A DNA stretch of 62,027 bases from Nemertoderma westbladi. Taxonomy: Eukaryota; Animalia; Xenacoelomorpha. The stretch covers positions 1 to 62,027 of the forward strand of contig JAUCBJ010007974.1 in NCBI GenBank assembly GCA_032718475.1, written 5' to 3'. A program made the position numbers and the translations under genes. This document shows positions 39,663-52,664 of this stretch, in pieces (the first letter of the stretch is position 1; each line of letters begins with the position of its first letter). The notes below the pieces were generated by a model that was not told the origin of the DNA, made no database searches, and worked only from the letters and a program-made list of their open reading frames with translations.

Positions 39663-40466
39663 ATCTGCTATTTGGGTTTATTAATATTATAAGGAGTTTA
39701 TGTTTAGGCGAGCGGGCGTCGCTGCCTACCTTTTCTTTGCCCCCGGACAGTGGGATTCTCAGCGCCGATGTACCGTCGTCGCGGTGTTTACGCCAACATG
39801 TAGCAACAGCACGACAACGATAACCGGCACAAGTCACTCCACTGTCCGTCCCAAAGGCTTGAATCCACTTTAGGTTCTTTCTATAGGAGAGTTGGGCTAC
39901 TTTCACAATTGCGACTAGACTTTAGCAGTAACATTCACCTATAAACGCACAAATTCCACACAACTGTCACCAATTGTACACATACAGGCCATTTGTCCGT
40001 TAGTCAGTGCCTTCCAGAATGTCACGTTATTACTGTGTATCTTTGGATACTAACAGTGTGCTATGTATTCTCTATGCTATGCAATGGGACAAGCTTTCTA
40101 TTGTTCTTTTAACTTGCTTCTAATTCTAGCGTGGGTGTTGCTATGGTGACATTATGGAAAGCTAGCGGTAGAATTAGGGTAATTCTCATGCATACAGATC
40201 TGGAATGCTATTTAATAGTAATTCTTTAATTGTCAATATCCTCTTTATGCATGATTTTATTAATTTTATCAGCTATTGACTATATGTCGGAGATTCTCGC
40301 ACTCTAATACACTCAATAGGATGAATCTCCGCTCCCATGATCTATTAATTAATGGAATTTTGGGAATGTTATAAATTGCACAAATGACAATTTATGAAAT
40401 TCATTTAAGATACGAATTTAAATTTATTCCCGTGAATTTTATTATTTGATTGTAAAATTGACACAA

Positions 40467-40755
40467 TTTTATTCCAGAGCATGTCTGGGGACCTAGGATC
40501 CTTAATTCTGTAAAATTGTCTTTTAAGAGTATCGGTAAGTGCTGCGATATCTTAATTGACTAGAAATTTTAAAGGATCTGAATTTTACAGATTTTAATAA
40601 ATATTAAATTAATATTTAAGATGGGCACCGATTTATTCCAGAACTTGTCTGGGGACGTTAACCACTGATTCTAGAATTTGTCTTTCAAGTATATCGGTGG
40701 GTGCCGCGATATCTTAATCGACTAGAATTACAGATGGTCAAAAGGTTTAACAGAT
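40467..40755. repeat. diverged ~164-bp tandem duplication in the pol-accessory ORF spacer
   Basis: tttattccaga..tgtctggggac...tatcggt..gtgc.gcgatatcttaat.gactagaa occurs at about 40468 and about 40632. Confidence 0.75.
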
Positions 40756-41268
40756 TTATTTGTGTTTTACGCTACTGTTATAGGGACATCACGCTACTAT
40801 ATGTATTATTTAATATAAAGTAGAAGAGCAATATCGCACGAAGCAATGTCAGTGTGAAGAGGCAAGTCGTTTCCAAGGTCTACCCAGAGCTTGGTTTAGC
40901 CGAGACACGAGGATCTGAACTTTGCATTCCTAATACTCTGCCTACCAATAATACTTAAATATAGTAGGAGCTTTATTGTACTTTAATAAGTACTGACATG
41001 TCATCTTACATGTAGTCTCGTATTTATAATATAATACGGACAGTAAGGAAAAGAAAGAATTATTTCTCGCCGTCATATTAAATATATATTATATGTAATT
41101 ACGTAATAAACACTAATATATTACACTAACCTACTAAATAATCTAAAATAACATTCTACTAAATAAAATTAAATAAAACGATTATAATAAAGTACATAAT
41201 AACGTTCACATATAAAAATATAATAAAAATAGATAGAATAATATAGTCATGCACCCACTCCAGACGTA

Positions 41269-44200
41269 TCACGTTGGGGAGTCCCTAGATGTTTGAGGAA
41301 TTAGGGAGGTGGTCGTGGGAAGAGTGTCTTGTCTTCCATAGTTTCCGGAGAGTTCTCTGTCTCTTTCCAGTAAACATAAACGACCAACTGGGCGGTTGAG
41401 TTGTTGCGTCTCAAAGATTATGCCTGGCTTCTTGAAGTTACGCCGCATGACGATGAGTTCTACCGAGCGTACTAAACCATCATCCGAGATGTGAGTCTCG
41501 ATGATACGACCTGTCTGCCACCGTTTACGTGGGAGGTCTGAATCTACAATAAGCACCATATCTCCGGCGCTGACGTTTTCTTGCTGTGCAAACCACTTAG
41601 TTCGAAGTTGTAGCGTGGGCAGATAATGTTTCTCGAAATGGTCAGCGAAACGACGGGATAGCAACTGCATAAGTTGCCAAGTTCGACGGCAGTATTCGTC
41701 TCCGTCGGTAATCTCTGATCGTGGGAGCATGGCTACAGGTTTCTTCAGTAGGAAGTGCGCGGGTGTTAGCGCTTCCAGGGAATCGGGACTCGATGAGACT
41801 GGCATAAGCGGTCTCTCGTTGAGATAGGCAGCTATTTCCTCCATTAACGTCCGCAAAAGTTCGTCGGTGAGATACGTGCGGCATGGCACTATAAAGTGAA
41901 ATGCGGTTTTGACACTTCTAATTAATCTCTCCCAACTTCCTCCCTACCAAGGGGCGTCGGCGGCGTTGAAGGTCCAGCTAGACGCTGTTATCCTTAGCTG
42001 ATCGTCCACCTGTCTTTGGTTCCAGTCCTTCACGTAAGCCTGGATTTCGTTGTTGGCACCAATGAAGTTCGTTCCCTTATCCGATCTCATGGTATTACTA
42101 GTCCCGAAGCGAGCGATCTGTCGGCGTAAACTTAAGACGAAGCTGTTGGTAGATAGATCGTTCACCATATCGAGATGGATGGCTCTACAAGTCATGCATA
42201 CGAAGATGACACACCATCTCTTGACTATAGTCCTAGCACGATATACTTCAATAGGGCCAAATAAATCTACACCAGTATTAGTAAAAGGTGGTTCATAGAA
42301 GCTTACCCGTTCCCTAGGTAATTCTGCCTCTCGCTGTGTTAAAGGCCTACTGAATGCTTTCCTACAGGGTATGCAGTTCCTAAGAACTTGGTTCAGAGCT
42401 CTACGGGGTTTATAAAAATAATAGCGAGTTCGGATTTCGCTAAGAACTCGTTCTCTACCAGTATGATAAAGTTTACTGTGAACATCTACAATCATCTTGA
42501 TTTGTACTTCAAGATTTCTAATGAGTATGGGGAATTTAGTGTCAAAGGATAATGGCGCATTGGTGAGCCTTCCTCCAACACGTATTAACCCATCTATCAT
42601 TGTGCTAGAGAAGCGATCCCTTAAGCGCATCTGCGGATTTCTCAACAACAGGAAATACTTATCGGAATCTTCATAGCATTGCAGGAGTCTCAGTATCTGC
42701 TTATTGGTTTCTTCATGCTCCTGGTAACTGATTTTCTCCTTGAGAAACCGGTCAGATGTCTTATATTTGGGTAAATTTTTAATAACATGAACTTGCGCAG
42801 ATGTCAATGGAGCGGTATCACTAATGGTCTTCGTCCTGGAGTAGTGATGATGAAAACATCGCCTTAAATATGTGACGGCTTTACAGAGCCGATTCCAGGA
42901 ACTGTAGTGATGCATTGCTCTCTGCAGCAGGGGTGAGATTCCTTGCGAGACGTCTGGTATTCCAGATTTCCAATCTCTATCTTTAATTTCCACAACAGAC
43001 TTATTTGTGGCGAGGGATTGTGGATCCGAAGCATCGTTTCCGGAAGTATGTAATACAGATAGATCGATCGTCGGTTTAAATAACTTCGATTTACTCGCCC
43101 GGGTTTTAGGTTTGACTTTCTCCACTCCCTTGGCTTGTCTAATCTCCGCCGTAGTAAGGTGAGGAGGCCATTCATCCTCTTCCTTACTCAGGAAGTCGGG
43201 TCCACCCAACCAGTCTGGAGTATCTATCAGTTCCTGTGGAGTTGCTCCCCTGGAGGCGATATCGGCTGGATTAATCGTACCAGGGCAATGTCTCCATTGA
43301 TCTATCTTTGTGCGACTAAGAATAATAGCTACCCTGTTAGTAACAAAAACGCTGAACTGACAGACTTCATTGGTTATATACTCCAACACGAGTAAAGCGT
43401 CGGTCCAATAAACAGTTTTCTCCAGCGGATAGTCGATTTGTTCTGTTACGTTCCGGCCGATGGCTGTAGCGTATAAAGCCGCCTTTAACTCCGCTCGAGG
43501 AACCTTTAACTTGTTGTTAATCAATGCCTTAGAGGTAACCAAGGCGACTTTGATTCTATCCGGAGTTTCGACTCGCAGATATGCTACTATACCTATTCCC
43601 ATGTCGCTGGCGTCTCCAAACACATGGAGTTGATAGGAATAAGTAGGGAGAACATGACCAAAATATGCACGGGAAATTACAAAGCTCTCGATGGCAGGTA
43701 GAGAATCTTCCCATTTCATCCACTTCTTTAACAGTTCTCCCTTAAGTGGATCGTCCCATGAGTGGTTTTCAAGCCACATTTGTTGTACTAAACTCCGAGC
43801 AATCAATATAACTGGGCTAATAAATCCCAATGGGTCGAAATAAGAGCTCAGGATACTTAAACAAATCCGTTTGGTCCGAACTGGATTATCTCGCTGTTTT
43901 AGCTGAAAAAACAGGATATCTCTTTCTGTGTCCCACTTCAAGCCAAGCATCTTGGTTTCTGGAAGATCGTCCTTTATTAAGTCTAGGTCTTTCGTTCCTC
44001 GGTCTTCCACCGGTATCGCTTCCAGAAACTCACGGGAGTTGCTAGTGAATTTCGTCAGTCGAAATCCACCTCTTTTCAAACACTCTACCGTTCCTTTCGC
44101 GACATCAATGGCTTCTTCTACTGATGGAAGGGACTTTAAATTGTCGTCCATGTATATATCGCGCTTGATGTTATCTATCACCTCTTTGGAGAAGGCGTCT

Positions 44201-47200
44201 CGGTTGTCATTCGCAGTGGTCCGCACCACGGAGCAGGCGTTGGAAGGGCTTGATATGATCCCAAAAGCCTGGATGGTCATCCAGTACTCTACCGGTTTCT
44301 GGTTGAGATCTCCTTCAGGCCACCACAGAAATCTTAGGCTGTCTCTATCTCTATCCAGCGCCTTGACTTGTAAGAACATTCCTTCTATATCGGAGGCGAA
44401 CGCGATGGGATATTGTCTTAATCTTAAAAGTATTCCCAACAAAGATTGGAGTAAGTTGGGTCCTGGTAACAACTCGGAATTGAGGGATTGGCCCATATAT
44501 AAAGCGGAGCCATCGAATACGACTCGTACTTCATGGGGTTTACCGGGTTTGGGAACGTAATGATGTGTTAAGTAATACGTTCTCTCAGTTATTGGTGTTC
44601 CTTCCGGTACTCGCTCCGCGTATCCCTTTGTAATAAATTTCTTCAACTGAGTTTGGTACATTTCTTTAGCTGAAGCATTAGCCGTAAGGCGTCGATGTAA
44701 TTGAGTGATTCTTTTCTCTGCCAAGGGTCTGTTATTTACAAATCTAGGTTCTCGTTTTCGAAATGGTAGGCCGATTTCATATCTACCTTGATCTTTTAAA
44801 AAACGTGTAGTTGTTTCCTGGATTTGCTTGGCTCTTTCTTCTTCTATCGATAGGGCCTTATCGTATGAATTGGGCTCTACCAATTCTTGAGTAAAGAATC
44901 GTACGGCGAGTTCGTCCCGAGTTCTAGCGTTGTAGCGCTCTATCTCATCATTTAGTTCGTCATTGTAATCAATGGGTCCCGATGGGCGAATCAGTTGACA
45001 TAGGTTCACCTGGTTTTTCCAAGTTTTGTTTTCTGTAAGTAGGTTGATTGTGTTCTCTTCATCGAAGAGTTGGTAGATGTCGTCCTTATCTGAGGAGTAT
45101 GGTGTTCCCTCAGTTAGTTCGTCCACCTCACTGCTCTCCACTTCCCAATCATTTACTTGGTATATTCTTTCTGGTGGTAATCTCTCTTTGAGAGTTCTGC
45201 GGGAAGGGCCAGTAAAGTACCAACCTACTCTAGTTCTTACCGCATAGGTTTGTAGTGGCTGCGGTTGAGCGGGCCGTTTCTCCAATGTCTCGAGCACCTC
45301 ATGCGCGTTTTGGCCGATGAGTATTTGCACTCCAGGATAATCTGTCTGGAATCGTGGTATCTTAAGCTGTTGGATGCTCTCGTCTTCGTCCCAGTTATAA
45401 GGTTCTACTTGGGTAGTAGCGAAGTTATTTATAGCCACCATTTTTACTGACCTTATACTTTGTGCTCCTAATTTATCCTGGGGGGTGGACAACGCACCTA
45501 CATAGTAATCTGCCGTTAGGGTAGATTTCCAAACCTGCATAATTCCGGACATATTCAACTTAGTTTGGAATTTGGGTTGTCCAGCAAAGATATCTTCGGC
45601 TAGTTCTTGATCGATGAATGTTCCTGTGCTGCCGGAGTCAAGGAGGGCGTTCACTATGTAACTTTTGGTAGGACCGTGAACTCTTACCTGCACTACAGGA
45701 AATTCTCTGATTCCTACGTTGGAAGTTGGAGCTTTCCAAGATGGTTGTCTGGCAAAGGTAGTTGGGGGGAACTCATTGTCGGTGTCCTTTTCGTAAGTAA
45801 GTGCTCGATACACCGCGGTATTGATTAGGTAACAGGATTCGTTGGCGTCGGAGAATTCGTCAGTATAGAATCCTTCCATCTCAGACTCTTGATCAGTGTC
45901 GTTTACATCACTGAATTGGACATGTAGTTCGGGCTCACTTACCTGACTCGGGTTGTTTCGTTCGAATTCACTGTGTAACAAGATGTGATGTTTCGCACCG
46001 CACTTTGCACACTTTACATCGGAGTAACAGGTTCGCCGTTGGTGTCCTGGTCTGAGGCAATTATAGCATAACCGCTTATCCCACATGACTTCACGTCTGT
46101 CTACCAGGGATTTCTTTAGGAATTCAGCACATGCACTCAAACGGTGGGTCCCGTCGCACAGCGCACAGTTTGGTTTGATGTTACTCACTTTACCTTGGGT
46201 AACTTGATGCACTCTCGTTCTTTCTTCGGTCTTTCTTCCGTGCATTCTGTTAGGAGACTGAGGAGGAGTCTTGGCAACCTGTTCTCTCCTATCGTTGGTT
46301 CGATCCTTGTATTTACTTACGTCTTTTGAGGTTTTGTTAACGTAGTAAAATCTATCAGTGTCTTTCCCGCTGTCCTCTTCTTGAGAAGCTTGGCTTTCGC
46401 CGTCGTCAGTGTAACACACTGGTGTTACTCTTCTCCTAGAAACGGGTTTCTCACTTACCTTATTTTCCGATGTTTTCTCTCTGGACTGCTTTATGAGTTG
46501 TAGTTTTACTTCACCATCTAAGAAGGACATGAGATCAGCCATGGTAGGGCCTCGTCGTTGCTGCTCATTCATATACAACACCTTCTTATCCAAGCGGGTA
46601 CATACTCCACCCTTTGGTAAAGTAGAGACTACAGCTCCAATAACCATGGAACTCTGATATTCATGAGACTTACCTAACCAGTCCAATTGTCTACAGATCT
46701 CCTGAATCTCATCGGAAAACTCTATAATCCCGCTACTAAGGAAGTTTCGGGGGGCTACTAATTTTGCATACAAATACTTCGCTATGTTATCCTTGTTACC
46801 ATACCTGATGTTTAATGTCTCCCAAACTTGTCTTAATCCATCTGGATGTCCAATAAACTTTAACGCCATTAACTTGGGAGGTCCTTCCAAGCACTTGATG
46901 AGGAATCTAAGTTTCTCTCCGTTAGATAGTACAGAGTTCTGTATGCTATCTTTGTAATATTCATTGAAAGGTAACCATTTCATCTCATCTCCATTGAATT
47001 TGACGATCTCTCCCACTTTGACCGCTTGGCGGGCTTCTGTTCTAGCCATCTGACGCGTAAAGCTTTCTTGGGCCATCGTGTTATTTAATATCGAATTATC
47101 GGTATATAAATTTCTCGGATCATTATCAGGTCTATAGGGAATATCATTAACAACAGGTTTATAATCACCCTTAATAGGGTTTGCTATAGGAGTTTCTACT

Positions 47201-49296
47201 TCACTAGCAGTATAGATGCGTGTAGGCTCCACACCTTGCGCATGTAATACTTCAGACCTAACAGGTTGACACAATGTTACTGGGGGTATTGGTATACCCT
47301 TTTGTATATTGACTAATTTGTCGCGTTCTAGCGCGATGCTTTGCTGCACTTCTTGCAATTCTACCCTACTTTCCCTTACTGTTCCCTTAAGTTGGTGAAC
47401 AGTCTCCTGCATCTGTCCGAGCAGGAGGTTCATCCCCCGCCGTCCCTCCTCTACCCACTCGACCGCCGAAGCGGGAGTCGCCAACATTGTAGCGGGCTGA
47501 CGCGGGACGACGGGAGACAAATCTTTGATTTCTCTCTCAGCGTCCAGGACAGGGATTTTCTCATGGACTGTTCTACCGGGTACAGGCAGTGTAGTACTGT
47601 GTAAAGGGAATTTAGAGTTAAGCTCTGGAAGTACAGGGATCTCTAGCACAGGAGTGGTTTTGGGAACGACAGGCCTAATTATTTCAGGCTCATCAACTAT
47701 GGTAGGGAGTCTTTTGACCTTAATAATTTGGTCTGTGGGTTCTGTACTACCTAAGTCTGTGCTAGCTAGTTGTCTTCTAACCGCTGGGGGCAAATCAGGC
47801 AATTTGTGACAGTGAGATGTTTTTCTACGCCTGTTTAGACGAGATCTATTTCCTCCGCCTTCAGGATCGGTGGTCTCGCCTTCCACCGATGATGTGTATC
47901 CTTGGCGTTTGGGAGTAGATCGACTCATCATCTGCATTTGACTAGCAGTTAACTGTTTATTTATGCAGTCTTGTGTCTCTTGCAGATTTTCCAACTCCAG
48001 TAGGGTAGTCTCCTCAGACGCTCTCCGTTCTGCTTCTGCCACTGCCTTTACTGCTGCCACAGCCGCTTTTCTTTCTGCTTCTGCCTCCGCCATTGCCGCT
48101 GCTACTGCCGTTGCCTTTCTGTCTTCTATCCGCCTTTTCTTTACTTGTTCTTCTTGGGCTCTAGCTATGCGGAGACGTTCATCAAATTTAGCTTGGTTTG
48201 CAGCTAACATTTCAATATCAATTGCGTCCAACACATGCTTGGCTCCTTCACTATTAGGGGAAAGTCCAGACAGCTGTCTCCTCAACTCTTCGTCTCCTAG
48301 GAATCGCTGATAGTCGGACAGATAAATGTCAATAGCGTCTCTAGAGGGCGGCTTCTCTGCTGCTGTCCCTTCGCTTTCCACTTGAGAAAGGGTGGCATCG
48401 GTTGGTTCTTCATAGGTTGGTCTCTCAGCCAGCTGGGATTTCCACTGGGCCGTTTCTTGAACTTTGAGACCTACCCGCTGGAACCAAGTCTTGACAGCAA
48501 CTTGCAGCGACGTGTCCTGTCTTCTTTTAGAAGTTTCCTCAAAGGCTGATAGGATTAGTCTAATGCGTAGGGTTCTTTCGCGTACTTGATAAAGCAGCTC
48601 TTCCTGCTCTTGAGGTCCTTGGGGTTGTCGAAACAGTTGTTCTTCTAATCGCTCTAAGGAGCCGAAGAATCCCTGCACATATCCTGCTGCCGACCTCTTC
48701 CAAACAGCTGGATCCATCGTATCTTTAGTCACTCCCATCCTGTGTATGTCTTCCCAAGTAGCTTCGGACAAATCTAACGGGAGTCCGGGTCTGGGAAAGT
48801 TCCATTGTGACTCGACAATAGACATCAATTCTTCCCTGGCGTATCCCGCATAACTATCTTGGGTCGCTCGCTTACTTCTCGCCCAATCGACTTGGTTTTC
48901 CTCCACCGCAATCAATATAGTAGTTAGTACTGCAGCAGGAAGGGTGAGAAGGGGATCCGAATAGACTGTACCCGCCATCTTCACTCCACGTTCGGGGGTC
49001 AGCTCTACAGTATCCGAACTACTGGAGCTATCGGGTCGCTGGGAACGAGTTTCTTGACTAGGATGTTGCTGCTGTTGGACAGCTGCTTCCTGGTTCTGTT
49101 TGACCTGGGCCCGAGTGCCGATGATAGACCTACGGTGTTGGATTAGCCTAGGGTCTGATACTACTACTGGAGGGATGACCTTTCTTTCAGTAGGAGGTGA
49201 GCTGAACCCCTTTCTTAATCGCTCCACACTCCTATCTGTGTCACAGATGGTTGTATCGATTAGACTGTCTGACAGGTTTTGCTGGGTGTCAGACAT
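41269..49296 (-). CDS. BEL/Pao gag-pol polyprotein with one in-frame TAG in integrase (41944-41946)
   Basis: DUF1759-like gag (KFNGD..W..F...EKLRFLIKCLEG), triple zinc knuckle (CALCDGTH..C, CYNCLRPGH..C, CAKCGAKHHILLH), protease ALLDSGS, RT (VRVVFDGS, DIEGMFLQV, YMDD), RNase H (FDPLG, HVFGDAS, PRAEL, NPADIASRG) and integrase (HHCC, GVDLFGP, SDKGTNF, PW*GGSWERLIRSVK, LTPAHFL). 41269-41889 is in frame with 41944-49296. Confidence 0.95.
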
Positions 49297-50534
49297 GTTT
49301 AGCTATACAGTTGAATGCTTACTGCTATAGTTACAGTTAAAGCAAGTCTAGTAATTCAGTATGACCGTTGGCCTAGTACCGGTAATTAATTACAATATAT
49401 TAGAATGCCGGTATACACTTATAGTATATATAAGTATTGTAAACTAGGTTTGTCACAAAGTACCGGTATATAATTTTAAGACAAATATACATAAATATAT
49501 AATAGGCCTATCGTGAATACCGGTATACAGCCTACACTTATAGTATATACGGTATATCAATTATTTAAATAATTGAATTTCTGAATTTTAAAGGTTACTT
49601 AGTTACTTTAATTTACTTTATTACCGTTATTTAAGCAGTAGTCCAACTGATATTGAGACCTAGTTGTTGTATGGCAGACCTACTATTTATAAATCGTTTG
49701 AGTTGATTTATAATATATATATATACCCGTTTAAAATGGGTTTTGTCAATATTTGAAATAAATGTTATTATTTCTGGGGGGAGTCACTACACAGAAGCTG
49801 TGCGCTCTCAGTGAAGTGCTACTCGTTGGACACTAAAACAGATAATTCTAATTTACCTAAGTTACTTAATACTACAAATTACGTACGATACGGGTGAGAT
49901 TAATTCTCTAATTAAAACACAACAAAATATTACGTATGAAATTTTAGGGTAATTTTACAGGGAAACTACAAACCAGTCTAACAAAGGGTTAGAACTTCTG
50001 GTTATTACAACAGACAGGATACTACGGTATTTGAGAATAATAAGTAGTAGTAAATATATGCGCTGTCCAGATAGTAAAATACCACCGTCTGACGACCTAT
50101 AGCCGTATCGCTATAGGTACTACGTTATGTATCACGGAGTGTTCCTACCTAGAAGTTAATTACCGCGGACTACCAGATCCAACGTGCCTATTAACCACTT
50201 TACAACACAATATACTGCCTACACACTAATTACTTTCGGAAAGCACTGTACACCAAACCCTAAATTAGGTACAAGTACTTATTAAAAACAGATAACTAGC
50301 AGTTAAATATACTTGAACAGTTAAAAGAACCACGGCATCTGCTGGAGTGACCGGAGCACAAAGTCACCAGTCTTTACCTACGCCAAGCAGCCCGTGTAGT
50401 ACCGGGGTTAATTTAACTATAACGGTATGTGTAACAAGCACAATTTCTGTAGGAATAAACTTGGGGACATGAATGTTGCGAATAATCGCATAAACTCTGA
50501 ATAATAAATATTACGCTACCCGTACAGAATACTC

Positions 50535-51080
50535 AAACAAAATACAAACCAAATGCTGGCAGACTACCATCAAGCCTAAATAAACTACAGTATGTGCAGA
50601 TTCCGAAATGGTTAGTTAGTATGCATTCTAACACGGTAGTACGACTTATTCTTTAGGAGGGGATTGACCTTACAGCTCTGGCTGCCCCAACTTACTAACT
50701 GGCACTTTATCAGACAAACTCTACACACGCAGCAATCTCTTCAGACCTAATAACAGCTAGACAACAATCCAGCCTACAAAATATCTGAGTAATAACTATT
50801 ACGGTACCTGAACAGACCACACAAACAAACACAGGCCAAAACGCTGGCAGACTACTGTCAAGCCTAAATAAACTACAGTATATGCAGATTCCAAAATGGT
50901 TAGTTAGTATGCGTTCTAACACGGTAGTACGACTTATTCTTTAGGAGGGGATTGACCTTACAGCTCTGGCTGCCCCAACTTACTAACTGGCACTTTATCG
51001 GACAGACTCTACACACGCCGCAATCTCTCCAGACCCAACAACAGTCCGACAATAGTCCGGCCTACAATTATCTGAACAAT
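50535..51080. repeat. ~288-bp tandem duplication in the 5' leader
   Basis: gctggcagacta...ggttagttagtatgc...gctgccccaacttactaactggcactttatc occurs at 50555 and 50843. Confidence 0.9.
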
Positions 51081-51267
51081 CTGAGCAGACTTACACGTCT
51101 TCAGCTCAATATTAACTTACTAGGAAATAAAACTGACAGAAATAGACCTAAGCAAAATCCCAATAAAAACCAGGCGTCCCCGATTTAATATCGAGACCTA
51201 CCGGTATATAATTATCAAAATCGAATAATACTAATGTACTTATACTGGAAGTACCGGTTAGGACAAT

Positions 51268-51415
51268 TGGGCCTACAGACCTACAGCAGTACCGGTTCAG
51301 GCAGTTAGGCCTATGGACCTACAGCAGTACCGATTCTGGCAGTTGGGCCTACGGACCTACAGCAGTACCGATTCTGGCAGTTGGGCCTACGGACCTACAG
51401 CAGTACCGGTTCAGG
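51268..51415. repeat. 38-bp tandem repeat (~4 copies) in the 5' leader
   Basis: Unit gggcctacggacctacagcagtaccgattctggcagtt. Confidence 0.9.
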
Positions 51416-51478
51416 TTTACCGGTCGACCGGTACTTTCAACTTTATTGCTTACTGCAATAAAGAAAAATAACTGTTAT

Positions 51479-52664
51479 TGTACGCGCTTTTGAAGACCTT
51501 TAGCAGTTTAACCTGCCAAAATTTATATGTCTTTTGGTTTATAAATAGACTTTAGCATATGACAAGTATTTAATACCAATAAACACAACATTAGCCGAAG
51601 CCAGCCTAGTGCGCGTCCATTCACCCGCTGGATATACCCAGGAGACTGGATTCGGAGGGCTTAGATTGTTATTGCAGTGTAAGCTTACTGTATTATTCGA
51701 TTGATCGTTAATAAATAATTTCTGACCAATATTATTCACTTTCGGGAAATATTAACAGTTCCTTTAGGACGTGGCGCTCTATCTAGGTAAACAGAGATAT
51801 GACTTATACTAAACACAACGGTAAGTCGGTAAGGCTTATGATTCACGTATGAGGCGCATTCTTTAGGAAATGCTTAGTTATCAGCCACAATCATGCACAC
51901 TACCGGTACCGCACAATACTGTACACTAATCTGCCGACTGTCAATGAATTTTATCATACATAAAGAGAACAGCAATTGACTCATGTAGTGCTTATCAAAT
52001 AGCATTAAATTCACTACAAACCACGATAATATAAGTCGCAATCGCTATATGTAACCTGTCTCTCTAACCTGTAGTGTATCAAGAAAATTGGGAAATTTGG
52101 GTTATTTATCGATGTTCTCCAAGTAATAATATTCAACCAACTGATACAAATAATGACAACAGCAAATAGCAGTATAATAATGTATGTTGAACCGATAATG
52201 TAAGACTAAACTGATTGGGTTGTTAAGATAACAGTTATACGTTCTATAATCTAAGCCTACTAATGTTTCTTCTAAAGTCTGAAACGAATTGACACTAGAG
52301 CCGGTGTTCTTGGCCTAGATAGAAACAACAAAACTATAACACAGAAAACTATAAGACTGAACACGCCTAGCACGATCTGTAGAATATCTCCACATCGACA
52401 GTAAAAATCGCCCTGATTGGCTGTTAAGCTAAACAAAGAACCATGTGTCCAACGGCCGTTTCCATGCCAGCAACCAGCTGTTAGATGTCGTAATCTGAAT
52501 CATCAAGGCTACACTGTGCTAGAGTATTTGACGCATTGCGGGTTTTGTGCCTTGCCATGTCCGTCAAAGCACACATATAGAAGAATGACTTTTATGTCCG
52601 TTAAAACACCTACAACGGTACTTTGCGGGCAAGGGGACTGATTATATCCGCAAAAGCTTTTACA
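51479..52664 (-). repeat. 5' LTR
   Basis: 1186 bp, TG...CA, near-identical to 36806-37991. Confidence 0.96.

Larger units (their letters stand above)
36806..52664 (-). mobile_element. full-length BEL/Pao (Belpaoviridae) LTR retrotransposon, 15,859 bp, with an accessory 3' ORF
   Basis: Two 1186-bp TG...CA LTRs, a 5-bp TSD ATTAC (36801-36805 and 52665-52669), a gag-PR-RT-RH-IN ORF, and a PPT before the 3' LTR. Confidence 0.97.

Noticed and set aside
42050-49330. Plus-strand and alternate-frame ORFs over gag-pol (e.g. 43928-44560)
   Set aside because: They are antisense shadows of the long pol ORF with no independent motifs.
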